Positions 1-15,689 of a stretch of DNA of 64,000 nucleotides are shown here, in pieces. The DNA lies in the NCBI RefSeq assembly GCF_009914755.1, contig NC_060934.1; one strand, given 5' to 3'. The DNA comes from the human T2T-CHM13v2.0 reference genome, Homo sapiens. Position numbers and translations under genes: made by a program. Under the pieces are notes generated by a model. That model did no database searches. It was given only the letters and a program-made list of their open reading frames with translations, and was not told the DNA's origin. How positions within the stretch are numbered: the first letter of the stretch is position 1; the number at the start of each line of letters is the position of its first letter.

Positions 1-759
1 TGTAACATTGGGAGTGAAGGAGAAGTTATATTGGTTTTATGCGAAATCAGTGTTGCTTGTTCTTGTGGGGTTCAGTGAATTGTTCCCAGGAGCAAAGGAG
101 CTGAATGCAGGCATGGCCTGAAGCTACAAGCATCACCCCCATCCCTTCTCTTGGAAAAATGCCTGTGAAAATACACTGGTTTGGCTTGCTGATGTCCTCA
201 TGTCTCTGTGATTTAAGACTTAGCAACCTAGGATGGAATCAAGGTAGAATTCTATGTTCTTGAGAAATTGCCTTGTGAAGGCCTGAGAGAAGACAATCCC
301 ACCAGCGGCCACCCCACGGAGCCACCAATCCTGGCACAGGAAGTTGTGGTTTGGGAAGTGGGCTTTGAACATTGTTCTTCTCCCTGGGTCTGGCTCCCAA
401 GGGGCCGGTGGGCTGTCAGCCCCCTTCCCCACCCCCAAGTGACTCTGAAATGAAGATGTATAGACTGGCGTTTTATTGAGATGGACTCTCAGATCAACAG
501 CCATAAGTGTGTACAGGAAGCAGGACCCAGCAGAGGGAGAAGTAGACAAACTTGCAGTCATCACAAGGTAGACTCCGCGGATCTCATGCCATGCCCTGGA
601 GCTGGAATGCCCTTCAGTGTCACTCCCAATTGTGGAGCAGGGACCAGGCCTTATACCCCTGCCTGAAGCAGTCTTTGGATGTGGGCTGCCCCAGGGAAGG
701 GCAGAACCTTGGGAGAGTAGCTCTCTTGAGCTGAGGCCAGTCTGTGGTCACTGCACTGG

Positions 760-912
760 TCTGAGTCTCTCAGGAACTTGTTAGAAATGTGCATTCTTGT
801 GTGCCATTCCAGACCTTCTGAATCAGGAACTCTGAGGGTGGGTCAAAGAGTAACCTGTGATTTAACAAAGCCTCCAGGAAATGATACAAAATGAAGTTTG
901 AGAGCCACTGCC
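760..912. mobile_element. MER5A-like hAT DNA transposon fragment
   Basis: GGAACTTGTTAGAAATG...GAATCAGGAACTCTG...TTTAACAAAGCCTCCAGG...AAGTTTGAGAGCCACTG resembles the MER5A consensus. Confidence 0.7.
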
Positions 913-999
913 CTAGGGCAAGGCCTAGAGAACTTGCAGAGAGTTTTAATAGCCACTCTCCCAGCAGGAATGGAAAAGTCCTACGAAAAGGGTTCTATA

Positions 1000-2304
<1,305 letters not shown>

Positions 2305-3034
2305 TGTCACGGCATCAGTGACACAGGCTCAGAGATCTCTGGGAGGTGGGCACAGGATGGCCACTGCCTTACGGAAGAAGATTGGGAGCCAGGAAGTTTG
2401 GGGGGCAGGGGGTGAAGATGAAGACAGCCTAGATCTTGAGAGCAGAGAATGTAAAAGCAATTCTAACTTTCACTCTCCATTGTATTTCTCTTATGTCATC
2501 ACCAAATTGTCAATAAAATGTCAAAAAATGCACAGTCATCTATAAGTTTTATGTGGAATTAGAAAATACCTGTCTTTTTTTATGCAAAGGAAAGATTAAC
2601 CTCTCCACCACCACCAGGACCAGCATGGGTGGTGGCGGTGGACGCGAGCAGGTGTTGGCTGTGTGGGGTGGTCCCCTGATCTCCAGAGGGCCAGCGGCTT
2701 CAGGGGCAGCATAGTGCCTGCCAGCAGGAGGCCAAAGAAGGGTGATTGACTCATTCCAGAGCACATCCCACATAGCATCCCAAGCCACCTGCAAAAACCA
2801 GCCAAGGCTATTTAAGGAAGCTGCATTCCAGGGGCTCAAAGTCTATCGTGATTTGGATAGTTACAGGGTAGCTATGACATTTTTATAAATTAACAAGCTA
2901 CTGTGCTATGCCCTAGGCATACCAATTACAACAGTGTCTTTGGAGCCATTAGTCCCATGGGGAAGCCTCACAAAGGCTGTTTTAATTGCACTGACGACTC
3001 TTTGGAATTACTGGCATTTATTTATTTATCTATC

Positions 3035-3632
<598 letters not shown>

Positions 3633-4047
3633 ATTACTGGCATTTAATTCTATGTCCCAGGTCAAGCAGATGGCAAATATGGGAGTTGGGACTTCATGGG
3701 AAAGAAATGATCAAGCTGATGTGGTCACCTTAGGATGATGAAAATTCACCATTTTTAATAAGGTAAATGGTGTATAACGACTCCACCACGAGTCTTGTCA
3801 GGTCAATTTCATGACTGTCAATCAATCATTCTATCATTTAATTTCCATTTAAAAGTTTTTAATCTTTTTTCATTACCCTGCAAATCAACTCAAGTAAATC
3901 ATTATACTTACAGTCATGTACCACATAAGGATGTTTAAGTCAATGAAGAACAATTTATGTGACCAAGTAGTCCCGTAAGATTATCATGACGCTGAAAAAT
4001 CACCTAGTGATGTTGTAGCCATTATAACATCATAGTGCAATTACTTT

Positions 4048-4125
4048 CTTTTTTTTCTTTCTTTCTTTTTTTTTTTTTTTTGAGATGGAGTCTTGCTCTG
4101 TCGCCATGCTGGAGTGCAGTGGCAC
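4048..4125 (-). mobile_element. Alu 3' fragment cut by LTR2 insertion
   Basis: Poly-T, then TGAGATGGAGTCTTGCTCTGTCGCC...GCAGTGGCAC directly abutting the LTR. Confidence 0.85.
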
Positions 4126-4597
4126 TGTAGCAGGACGAGCCGCAGACAAAACCTCTCAGTCACCGAGTAGTAGAAGGAACGGCTTTATTCAGCTGGGAGC
4201 ATCGGCAAGCTACTGCCTTAAAATCCGAGCTCCCCGAGTGCACAATTTCCGTCCCTTTTAAGGGCTCACAACACTAAAGATTTCACATGAAAGGGTCATG
4301 ATTGATTTGAGCAAGCAGGCGGTACGTGACAGGGGCTGCATGCACCAGTGGTCAGGGAGGAACAGAACAGGGCAGGGAGTTTCACAGTGTTCTTCTATAC
4401 AGTGTTAGGAATCTATGAATAACATCGGCTTCTAAATCATAAGTTGATTTTTAACTACTGGGTTTAGGCCAGGCGGGCCCAGGCCTGGTTTCGGGCCTGG
4501 CGCCGGGCTGCCTGTCTTTGGTTTTACTTCCTTGTTGTTTTTTCTTAAAACAGGTACTGAATATAAAATAATATGAGAGGGTCTTTCTCTTCCTTCA
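4126..4597 (-). mobile_element. LTR2-family (HERV-E/Harlequin) 3' LTR
   Basis: Minus strand reads TGAAGGAAGAGAGAAAGACCCTCTCATATT...CCTGCTACA (TG...CA ends); polypurine tract AAAAGGGGGGAA at 4598-4609. Confidence 0.88.
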
Positions 4598-4619
4598 TTC
4601 CCCCCTTTTGAGATTCTCA

Positions 4620-6700
4620 CTTTTTATTAGTGGGAGTTCTCACTCTTATTTTTACTTATGTCTTTTTGTGCAATAGATTAATAGTGATTCATATAGTACA
4701 CTTGTGCTGAAGCATTTTGGTGAACTAAGGTAGCGATGAAGCTTTTTATCATTTGAAGAAGTACAGGTAGCAAACAAGGGACCAGTTAGCAGGTTTTTAT
4801 TATTATAATTCCTATTATAAGAGTTTTAAATTTTTCTAGTGCTGGGAACCACCTTCTAAACATGGCTTCAGGGTTGAATCCATGCTGCACTTGCACGGAA
4901 ACATGTGCCAGTTGTGTCATATTTTTAACTATGTCTTTAACTACTTGCCTTTGATTATCTATGTGTAGACAGTAATTAGTAAGGTTAAACTTTTCGCAAA
5001 CTCCTCCTTCAGCTGCTAGCAAGTAGTCAAGAGCTAGTCTAGTTTGATAGATAGCATTTCTCATCTGAGTCTCTTGCCGGGTAAGAACAGTCAAGGCTTG
5101 ACTGGTTTTATTAGTAATAATTTCTAAAACAGCTTGTAATTGTATGATTCAGTTGAGCATCTAGATGGGGGTCCGATATCTCCATGAGCCATCTTGTGTC
5201 CAAGTGGTAGGTCCATAGTATTATATGACTTTTTTCAAGGGGCCATTTATTATCTTTTTAATTACCTATGGCTATGCTTCGTTTTGGTATTTTTTTTTTT
5301 TTTTTTTTTCTGGGAAGCATAGATTGGGAAGCCCAGAAGTTCACCTGTTTTCATGGGCAGTAAGAAGAAAGATGGCTTAATGGTGCCAATTACACAGCTA
5401 CCTGTCCACTGATCAGGAAGCTTAGCATAAGCTTTCTGTCCACATATCCAGTATAACCCGGTGGGGCCATCCAGTCCCGGTGGAATTCTGGATGGGCCCA
5501 AACAGTCTGCAACTTTGAAAATTTACTGAATGGATTTATTTCTGTATAATTGGAACTCCATCAGGTAACTGTTTTTGTGGTACCATTATACAGCTTTTGC
5601 CCAAGACAACTAAGCCACCCTACAGGATGAGTGAAGCTTTTTCCTTCTTTAGCTATGCAATACTGTCTAATAATTGAGACTTTTAGAACGTAGAGATGAT
5701 CTGGGTGATTCTTTTGGGCTGGGAATTTATCAGGAACTGGGTCTGTAGGAACTAATTCTTGGGCTTCCCATGGCCATTGATTTCCTGTTAATGGTTTCTC
5801 CACAAACATAAAATGAGGTGACTTGCAGAGATTGGGTTACATGTTCGGCTAATTGCAAAAACAAATTTTTAGTTTTTCCTGGAATTTCAGGTACTGGCAC
5901 ATTTAGTTCCTCATAGAAAGTCTGAAATACTTGTTCTGGAGAACGTTTTTGAACGTCTCCTTTTATTAGGATGCTTACACCCTAGGATCTAGTCCCTTTC
6001 CATCAATGTCTAATGATACATATTTTTCTTTTATTTTACTTTGGGTCTGAGGGGTTTGTGATGATCAATTCTAAAAGGTTGCAGCTCCCATTCATGCAGG
6101 AGGGGCTGACTTTTCCTTTTTGGAGTCAAACAGGATCTTTTTTATTTTCCTTTTAAGTAGTCCAAATGACACAAGACCAGTATTGACACATCTCACATAA
6201 ATATGATTTTTGACAGATATACTTATTTTTTTATGGTGTACCTTTTTTTTTTCTAATCTAGAGAACTGCATCCTCTCCCATGCTGCTTACTATCAGTAGC
6301 AGCACAAGCATCAAATTTTAAGGTTACATTTTTGGGGACCCCTCTTTTTTTATGTTCTAGCTATTACCTTACTTGTGTCACCTAGAAAAGGACCACTCCT
6401 TAATTTCATTTTAAAAACTGTGATTATGGGATGCTTAAAATGGGTCATAACATGCATCAGGTTGGTTATTTCCTGGGCTACATACCTTGGTAGGATAGCA
6501 TTATACAAACAAGTTTCTTTTAGAGTCCTGGTACACTTATAATAACCATAAAATAATAGGACTGTAGCAATCTTTTGTCCTACCTCAGTGACTTGATGAA
6601 TATACTGGAAACAGTTCTCAGTCTGAGGAAGGTCAGTTGAAGTCCTTACTATACAAGTCCAAATTTTAAGGAAAATGAGTCCTGTGATGAGTTTCCTCAT
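4620..6700 (-). pseudogene. Disrupted HERV-E-like env
   Basis: ORF pieces: signal peptide MRKLITGLIFLKIW (6350-6700), SU GLYWICG...WTGSCVIGTIKP (5262-5501), TM immunosuppressive domain [18 protein letters not shown] (4786-5094); multiple stops and frameshifts. Confidence 0.88.
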
Positions 6701-7087
6701 GTTTCGGCCGTGTGTGGACCAGTTAGCTTCCAGGTGTGACTGGAGCAGGGCTTGTCGTCTTCTTCAGAGTCACTTTGCAGGGGTTGGCGAAGCTGCTCCT
6801 ATCCACGTGCAGCTCCCAGTCTACTGATGGTCTCGGTGGTTGGGCCCACTAGAATAAACTGAGTCCAATACTTTTACACAGTTATGTTTAACTGAGCTCT
6901 CTGATACCAGGAGTAAGGTGGCAGGGTTAGGGTGTTGCAAACTTTAATGGTTATGCGGGGATTTTCACAGAGCAAGCTTTGGTATCTAGTTAGTCTAGCA
7001 TTTATTAGCTAATGATGTCCTTTGGTATTTATTAAAATCACCACAGCATGGGGAGACTTTATGTTTAGGTTTTGCCTAAGAGTTAGC

Positions 7088-7333
7088 TTATTTGCTTCTT
7101 GTGCTAACAGGGCCATTGCTGCCAGGGCCCTTGGACATGGGGGCCAGCCTTTGGAAACCCTGTCTAGTTGTTTTGAGAGATAGGCCACTGGCCTTGGCCA
7201 GGGCCCTGCAGTCTAGGTTAACTCTAACTGCCATTTGTTTTCTTTCTGACACATAGAGTGTAAAGAGTTTTGTCAGGTCAGGTAGCCTCAGGGCTGGGGC
7301 CGACATGAGTTTGTTTTTTTTTTTTAAACTCAT
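7088..7333 (-). pseudogene. Gammaretroviral pol fragment (RT connection/tether region)
   Basis: LMSAPALRLPDLTKLFTLYVSER motif. Confidence 0.8.
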
Positions 7334-7439
7334 GAAAAGCTTGTTGCTGTTGGTTGTAATAGATGTAGTTTATCTAATCTACATTTTTATTGACTGTCAT
7401 CTACCAAAATATTGACTTAAATCTTCTAACTATTTGATT

Positions 7440-8070
7440 TTAAGCTTTAAATTGATCTGGTATTCCTTGCGGGGCTTCAATTGCATCTAAATAGATGTGA
7501 GAGTTGAAAGACCCATAAGGGGTTTCTCTCGCTTTACTATGTCTTATTATTTTTATTATTTTTTTCCTTCCTCTGATTGATGAAATGCCAGGGTGAAAGG
7601 GATAGCCAAATGGACTAAAGCACAAGTGCCACTCTAGTTATTCAGCAGAGTGCCCAGTAAAGGTCCACCACAATACCACCACACATCCACTCGGGGATGA
7701 ACAAGGGCTGACTGATAAGCTCTTGAAAATTCTTAAGCTCACTGCATCCCTTCAGGTCTCCAAGGAATCTAAGTCTCCTCCCTACCGTGAGAGACACGAA
7801 GTGAACTTAGTGTTGGGAGACGGAAGCTGGACGGCCCTCGGGGGCTGACCCGCAGGGTGCCAGACTTCGGGATATAGCAGAGAGAGCTTGGCATGACTTG
7901 TTACTCCAGGCTGTAGAATCCTGCAAAAGAGCTACTATGCAGCCCACGCCTGGTGGACTGGAGGACCACCTTAGTGGAAGGGGGACAATAAGGGCCTCTG
8001 GCCTGCCATGTGCACAAGCATAACAATTGCTTTTGTTTAATGTGCAGATGGAATATTTGATCCATTTCAA
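7440..8070 (-). pseudogene. Second env fragment (HERV-I/IP-like)
   Basis: WIKYSICTLNKSNCYACAHGRPEA (CxxC) and YLDAIEAPQGIPDQFKA peptides. Confidence 0.65.
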
Positions 8071-8917
8071 CTAGGCATTTGCATCTTGGTATGCTGTCTT
8101 AATTGCCAAAGTTTGTTTTAAGTCTTTAACTTTTATGATCCTCTAGTAAAATGAATGTTTTCTTTTGTACCAATTTTTATTAGTTTTTAGACCAAAGAAA
8201 GCTAAACACCATTTTATATTTAATAATGTTTCTTGTATGATTTTTATACCAGATAAGCTAAATTTTACCATTATATTAGTGTGTTATTAATATTAAACTT
8301 AATTTTAATAAAACCTTGTAGACATATTTATCCAATTTTTTATATTTGACCATAAGGTAAGATTTTATAGACTCTTTTTAACCTTTTATAATTTTTGTTA
8401 AAGAGCAGGTTGATGCTTTAAGAAAAAAAACCTGTTGCATTTTTACTTTCATGTCCAGTTCACAGAGAAACTGGATGATACCTTTTTAACTTTAGCTAAT
8501 ATGTTTACACACAGAATTTTCTTTACAATTAACCTTTTAAAACTTGCTTAAACTTTTAAAAAAATAATTTTCTTAACCTTTTAATGTAGGTAAAAATCCA
8601 CATTCTTATGCCTCCTTATAATCTTTTTATTAAAGGTATATTTTACTTTTTTATACACCTTGCACATAAACTGTTTCTTCAGTAGTACTCAGGAGGCCTT
8701 ATTCTTTTAAATTATGCAACATTTTTTGCATAAAATTTTTTATAACTTTTTTTTTCACGAAGTGAAAAAGTGATATGGTTAGATAGACAGATACTTACCA
8801 TTGTGTTCCAGTTGCCCGCAGTATTCAGTACAGTACATGCTGTGCAGGTTTATAGACTAAAAGCAATAGGCTACACCATAGAGCCTGAATGTGTAGGCGG
8901 CTGTGCCTCTAGGGTTT

Positions 8918-9230
<313 letters not shown>

Positions 9231-9325
9231 CACCTCTAGGTTTTTGTAGGTACATTGTAGGGTGTTTGCAAATGACAAAATCACCTAACGATGAATTTCC
9301 CCCTCCTTTAAGTGACACATGACCA

Positions 9326-11544
9326 TTTCCTCGAAAAAAGGGGTCTTTCTTGGGTCTGCCCCTAGAAAGTGTTCTTGGATCTCGTGTAGGAAGGAATTCG
9401 AGGAGAGTCACAGAGAGCAGTGAAAAGAGATCGTTTATTGAAAGCTACTGTGATGCAGAGTAGGGCATCCTCAGAAGGCAAGCGGAGGCGCACCTCATCT
9501 TTTTTTCTTATCTAGGGGTTTTGACTATGTAGAAGCTAAGCTAAGCTGTATCTATGTGTAGGTAGGTAGACAGCATGACAAAGTGTATTATTCTGTTGAT
9601 TTAAAGAAAACTTTGACATTTTAGTGTGTGTGTACTCTAAAGCATCAAGTAATTAATCTTGAAAACATATTGTTATTAGTATTGGGACATCTGGACTTTC
9701 TACTGAGAGGTGACAACGTGCTGGCAGTCCTCACAGCCCTCTCTCACTCTCGGCGCCTCCTCTGCCTGGGCTCCCACTTTGGCGGCACTTGAGGAGCCCT
9801 TCGGCCCGCCGCTGCACTGTGGGAGCCCCTTTCTGGGCTGGCCAAGGCTGGAGCCCACTCCCTCAGCTTGCAGGGAGGTGTGGAGGGAGAGGCGCGAGCG
9901 GGAACCGGGGCTGCGTGCCGCGCTTGCGGGCCAGCTGGAGTTCCGGGTGGGCGTGCACTCGGAGCAGCCGGCCAGCCCTGCTGGCCCCGGGAAATGAGGG
10001 ACTTAGCACCTGGGCCAGTGGCTGCGGAGGGTGTACTGGGTCCCCCAGCAGTGCCAGCCCACCGGTGCTGCGCTTGATTTCTGCCCGGGCCTTAGCTGCC
10101 TTCCCGCGGGGCAGGGCTGGGGACCTGCAGCCCGCCATGCCTGAGCCTCCCACCCACTCCATGGGCTCCTGTGCCGCCGGAGCCTCCCCAACAAGCACCA
10201 CCCCCTACTCCACAGCGCCCAGTCCCATCGACCACCCAAGGGCTGAGGAATGCGAGCGCACGGCGCAGGCCTGGCAGGCAGCTCCACCTGCAGCCCTGGT
10301 GTGGGATCCGCTGGTGGGGACGTGGAGAGCCTTTATGTCTAGCTCAGGGATTGTAAATACACCAATCAGCACCCTGTGTTTAGCTCAAGGTTTGTGAGTG
10401 CACCAATCGACACTCTGTATCTAGCTGCTCTGGTGGGGCCTTGGAGAGCCTTTGTGTCTAGCTCAGGGATTGTAAATACACCGGTGGGCACTCTGTATCT
10501 AGCTCAAGGTTTGTAAACACAGCAATCAGCACCCTGTGTTTAGCTCAAGGTTTGTGAATGCACCAATCGACACTCTGCATCTAGCTGCTCTAGTGGGGCC
10601 TTGGAGAACCTTTATGTCTAGCTCAGGGATTGTAAATACACCAATCAGCACTCTGTATCTAGCTCAAGGTTTGTAAACACACCAATCAGCACCCTGTGTT
10701 TAGCTCAAGGTTTGTGAATGCACCAATCGACACTCTGTATCTAGCTGCTCTGGTGGGGCCTTGGAGAACGTGTGTGTCGAAACTCCGTATCTAACTAATC
10801 TGATGGGGACGTGGAGAACATTTGTATCTAGCTCAGGGATTGTAAATGCACCAATCAGCGTCCTGTCAAAACAGACCACTGGGCTCTACCAATCAGCAGG
10901 ATGTGGGTGGGGCCAGATAAGAGAAGAAAAGCAGGCTGCCGGAGCCAGCATTGGCAACCCGTTGGGGTCCCCTTCCACACTGTGGAAGCTTTGTTCTTTC
11001 GCTCTTTGCAATGAATCTTGCTACTGCTCACTCTTTGGGTCCACGCTGCTTTTATGAGCTGTAACACTCACCACGAAGATCTGCAGCTTCACTCCTGAGC
11101 CCAGCAAGACCCCGAGCCCACCAGGAGGAACGAACAACTCCAGACGCGCTACCTTAAGAGGTGTAACACTCACCGCGAAGGTCTGCAGCTTCACTCCTGA
11201 GCCAGAGAGACCACGAACCCACCAGAAGGAAGAAACTCCCAACACATCTGAACATCAGAAGGGACAGACTCCAGACGCGCCACCTTAAGAGCTGTAACAC
11301 TCACTGTGAGGGTCTGCGGCTTCATTCTTCAAGTCAGTGAGACCAAGAACCCACCAATTCCGGACACACTACTGTTGCAGAAGTGTGTCCTTGTATGTAT
11401 GTTTAAGCTGTTTCCTTTTAACCGTAAGCATCTTAAGACTATGGGTAGTGGGTAACAATGAATGTGGTTACCTGTTGGTCTCAAGACAGAGCTGAACCTA
11501 AAATGGCGTTACCGTGGCTCTCCTAGACTTCGGCTTCCCTAACA
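9326..11544 (-). mobile_element. MER41-family-like ERV1 LTR split by LTR12C (9326-9703, 11369-11544)
   Basis: Minus-strand start TGTTAGGGAAGCCGAAGTCTAGGAGAGCC; AATAAA near the other end; GTTCTTGGATCTCG U5-like motif. Confidence 0.6.
9704..11368 (+). mobile_element. Solo LTR12C (ERV9)
   Basis: TGAGAGGTGACAACGTGCTGGCAGTCC...CCACCAATTCCGGACACA; perfect 4-bp TSD CTAC; tandem repeats with eight CCAAT boxes at 10360-10895. Confidence 0.95.
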
Positions 11545-12224
11545 TGAGTGGAATAGAAATTACATTCCATGAATGGTTTCACTATGTTCTGCTTCTCTCC
11601 TCCAGCTCCTGTTACAATCACTTTGAAATTAGAAATTCAGTGAAATATTCCAAGGATATCATCACCGAAGGGGATTGTGAAAATCAGTGAAATAATGCAT
11701 TCTTAATTTTAAAAGTTCTTGATACAGTATAACCCTGGACTTCAAAAAATTTCACGAAGTCTTAGAGATGTACATATAAGACAAAAAGTAAAGCACATGA
11801 ACAAATTGGTGCATGTAATTGAAAATCAGCTTGATTCAGATGCTTCGTTGACTGTGGTTGAAAACTGTTTATGAGGGCAGGTTTGCATATACACAGAAAA
11901 TAAAGCTTGCATCTTTTTTTTCTTCCAACAGGTCAAGCATTTACAGACAAGAGTGGAGAAAAATGGAAACTCATCAAACAAATGATATAAGTAGAGAAGT
12001 CTGGCACATTGATGTTATCACCAGATATGGCTTCAGAGGAGGGAACAGTGCACATTGAAGTTGACAGCCACCGCAGCCACTGCAGGGCCCAGCCGTACCC
12101 TTAGGAAAGGTGTGAATCTCAGAACACCCCATACACGAGGATCCTGTCCCCATGATCCTCGTGGCTTAACTCTTTGTACCTTCTTGATTCAATTCGGTGC
12201 CTTTTCATTTAATATCTCTTTTAA

Positions 12225-12780
<556 letters not shown>

Positions 12781-13169
12781 TAGCAGCTTTCATTAAAAGA
12801 AAGAAATACTAGAGATAAGCTTAAAACTCTTAGCCATTTTTATTTCCCTTGATGTTCGTATCTACCTACCACTTTCCATTTCTAATTCACAGTTAATATT
12901 ATCTGTATTCTGCTTCAGATAGCGTGCCAGGTTAGTGACACACCCTGGCCTCAGTGATCTTACAACATGTTTCCCTCAACACAAACAATATGAAAAGACA
13001 TATGATTAATTAGAGGGAGTAAAAAAAAAAAATAACCAGATCAATATTAACAAAGCCAAGGATAACAAGTCAGAATATTCGAAAAAGTCAGAGGACATTG
13101 TAAGAAATTATCTAGCAAAACTCTTCCACCAAGAGATGAGCGAAAAGAGGGAGAAGTTATGCCTGGCTG

Positions 13170-13352
13170 CTGTGTGCTACCCTTGACCTTGGGAAAGTGC
13201 TTTAACAAATCTACACTTCAGTTTTGTGATCTGTAAAACGAGTCTAGTACTAATATCTACTTCATGCAGCTGCTGTGTAAATGAATATGGTAATCCCTGC
13301 AATGTACTTAACAGTGCCTGGGACGTAGTAAGCCCTCAATTACTGTTAGCTG
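13170..13352 (+). mobile_element. MIR
   Basis: TGACCTTGGGAAAG...CTTCAGTTT...CTGTAAAA core and ACAGTGCCTGG...AGTAAGCCCTCAAT tail. Confidence 0.75.
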
Positions 13353-15689
13353 TAATAAAAATATCATGATTGTTATGGAGCCCACATCACTGAGTATGTT
13401 GGTGGTTAGCAAGTACTAGACGCTAAGGGTCTTCATTATTAATCATGTGTTTTAGGAATGGGATAGCTTTTCCTCTCATGAGTGGCTGGAGCAACGAGGG
13501 GTGCCCACATCGGATCTGTAGGACATTTGAGCTCATGGCTGGAGCCAGAATGATGCAGCCTCTTTTCAGCCCTGTGGCTTTGGTATTTTGCTTCTACAAG
13601 CCTCAGTTTCCCCACCTTTGATGAAGGAAATGAGGGCATGCCTTACAGATGGTGATGAGGCTTGAGATAGTGCATGGAAGTGGGAATGATCTGGGCATTG
13701 GGGGCATGGTGAGGAAAGAGAGTGTGGGCATCTCTCTCTTTCATAGCCTGCCAAGTCTGGACTCTCTCACTCTCCCAGGAACCCCTGACATGCATCCATT
13801 TATTTTTCGGAAATTGTTTTCGATTGCGGCAAGTAGATATGCAACTACTGTGTATGAAATGACTGGCTCAGTTACGAAGAGGGAGCTACCAGAAAGAAAA
13901 CGTATGCAAGAGAACATTTCCCAGTGAAACCAGATCAGACCAAGGATTTACACCTCTTCTGCAGAAGCAAAAACATTTGCTTTCCACGTCATCCGAATGT
14001 TTGCAGCTTTGATGCCAAACCTAACGCGTTAAGCCCGGGCAGGCATGGCAGGCTCCGGAGAGGTTCTGTGGGCTGGGCAAGCCAAGGTTTAGGAGCCCCT
14101 TGTCCACATAAGTCACAGCAGTTCCCCACTTTGTGGAGGAAATTAGCTCAGAGAAATGCCAAGTGTGATAAAAAATGAAATAGATTGACATTCCAATAAA
14201 ATAAGCTCGTCTACCCTCTGTACACCCCCTGGGTCCCTGGAGATGTATATATTCCAGAAATAGCATTACATTCACATTACAGAATATTCTTGGTTCAAAA
14301 CTAACACATCAGGGCTCTGCCGCTCCCAAAGCTGCCAGGAGACAGCTCTGACTGATGTCCAGCTCACTTCCACACGATGTTACAAGTTATGATTACTGAT
14401 GATGACAGATCGTTACCAGGGGAGTATTTTCACGGAATAGGCAGATTGGAAACCCAAAGGAAAACCAACATATTAAAGGGACATAAAAGCCTTAGCTTCA
14501 TGCAGTGGAATGTGACATCACCCCCTATTCAGCACAGGGGTGGAAGGCAGGGAGGAGGAACAGGAGAGATTTTCACCCACCATTAGGAGGTCTGGGTTCC
14601 ATCCCTTTTTCATGCCAACTCACTCCCCAGCCCCAGGGGTAATTGCTATGTGGCTCTACACAGGTCTCCTGCGAGCTTTAAGGGTGAATGAGCTAATGTT
14701 GTTGAGATTCATAGATAAAAGCTGGTAAAGTACACAGGGCACTCTCTGAGTTTCTGAAAGAAGACTTGTTAGTGTTTGGGAAATTGCAGAAAGTCTCTTG
14801 ACAGGACCAAGGATGTCATGCTTTCTGTGTCCTGCCTGTGTTGCCCAGGGAAGAAGACACTGTTCCTTCCTTCCTTCCCCAGTGATTCATTGGCCAGGGT
14901 GAGGAGGTAGAAGAAGAAATACCAGGAACCACATATCCAAACAATTTTGCCCTCTTCTGTTTTGTAGAAAGTATTTGAGGTGACGCTCACAATTCAAGGA
15001 GATATCTCAGGGTGTAAGATTTATACCAATTTAAACTACAAGTCCAGAGAAAAGGAAGTTTGGGAAATTCCCTTTAACTGATTTTGGGAGAAAAAAGACA
15101 GGATTGAGAATCAGGGAAACATTTCTGATTTTATGTGTACTGGGACATTCTTGCTGATGTAAGGTAACATATTTTGCAGTAGATCTTTAATTTATGCCTC
15201 TCACTGGAGCCCCCTCTTCATTCCCATGTAGCTGAACCCCACTCCTTCCTCTTGTAAGTTGTTCTTTTGCATTATTTTACAAAAGTAAGCCATGCTTATT
15301 TGAAAAGATTTATGCAATATAATATAGGAAATAAAACTGAAGATAAAACTGAAAAACCTTAATTTCTTTTCTTAACCCCTTGCCATTAGCCACAGTTAAA
15401 TTATCACTGATGGTTTGCCAGTGCAATCAGAAATGTAGGTATGTTTATGTGCATGCCCATAGTGATAGGGTTTTTAAAAAAACTATTGCTGGGATCATAC
15501 TATGGACATATTATTCTGTGACTTATCTCTCTAATGGTGTATAATGGTGTATAATAGACATCATCTCGCTATTTCTCTTTATTTCTTTAAAGTCCTGCTC
15601 AAACCCTGCCCCTTCCATGAAAGTTTTTCTGCCAATTTCAGCTCTCCTTCTTTTGAAACAAGACATGTAATAGTATTGAGGGTATTACA

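Larger units (their letters stand above)
4598..8760 (-). mobile_element. Harlequin-type ERV1 internal region; 5' LTR and gag missing
   Basis: Mosaic of HERV-E-like env, a pol fragment, a second env fragment and an AT-rich MER4-group-like segment. Confidence 0.8.

Noticed and set aside
4620-6700. Domesticated (syncytin-like) env
   Set aside because: Broken into short ORFs, with altered furin, immunosuppressive and cysteine motifs.
10320-10900. CRISPR-like or novel regularly spaced repeat array
   Set aside because: This is the known LTR12 U3 tandem enhancer repeat in eukaryotic DNA, with no unique spacers.
9710-11245. Overlapping ORFs of up to 202 aa
   Set aside because: They lie entirely within GC-rich LTR12C and show no protein homology.
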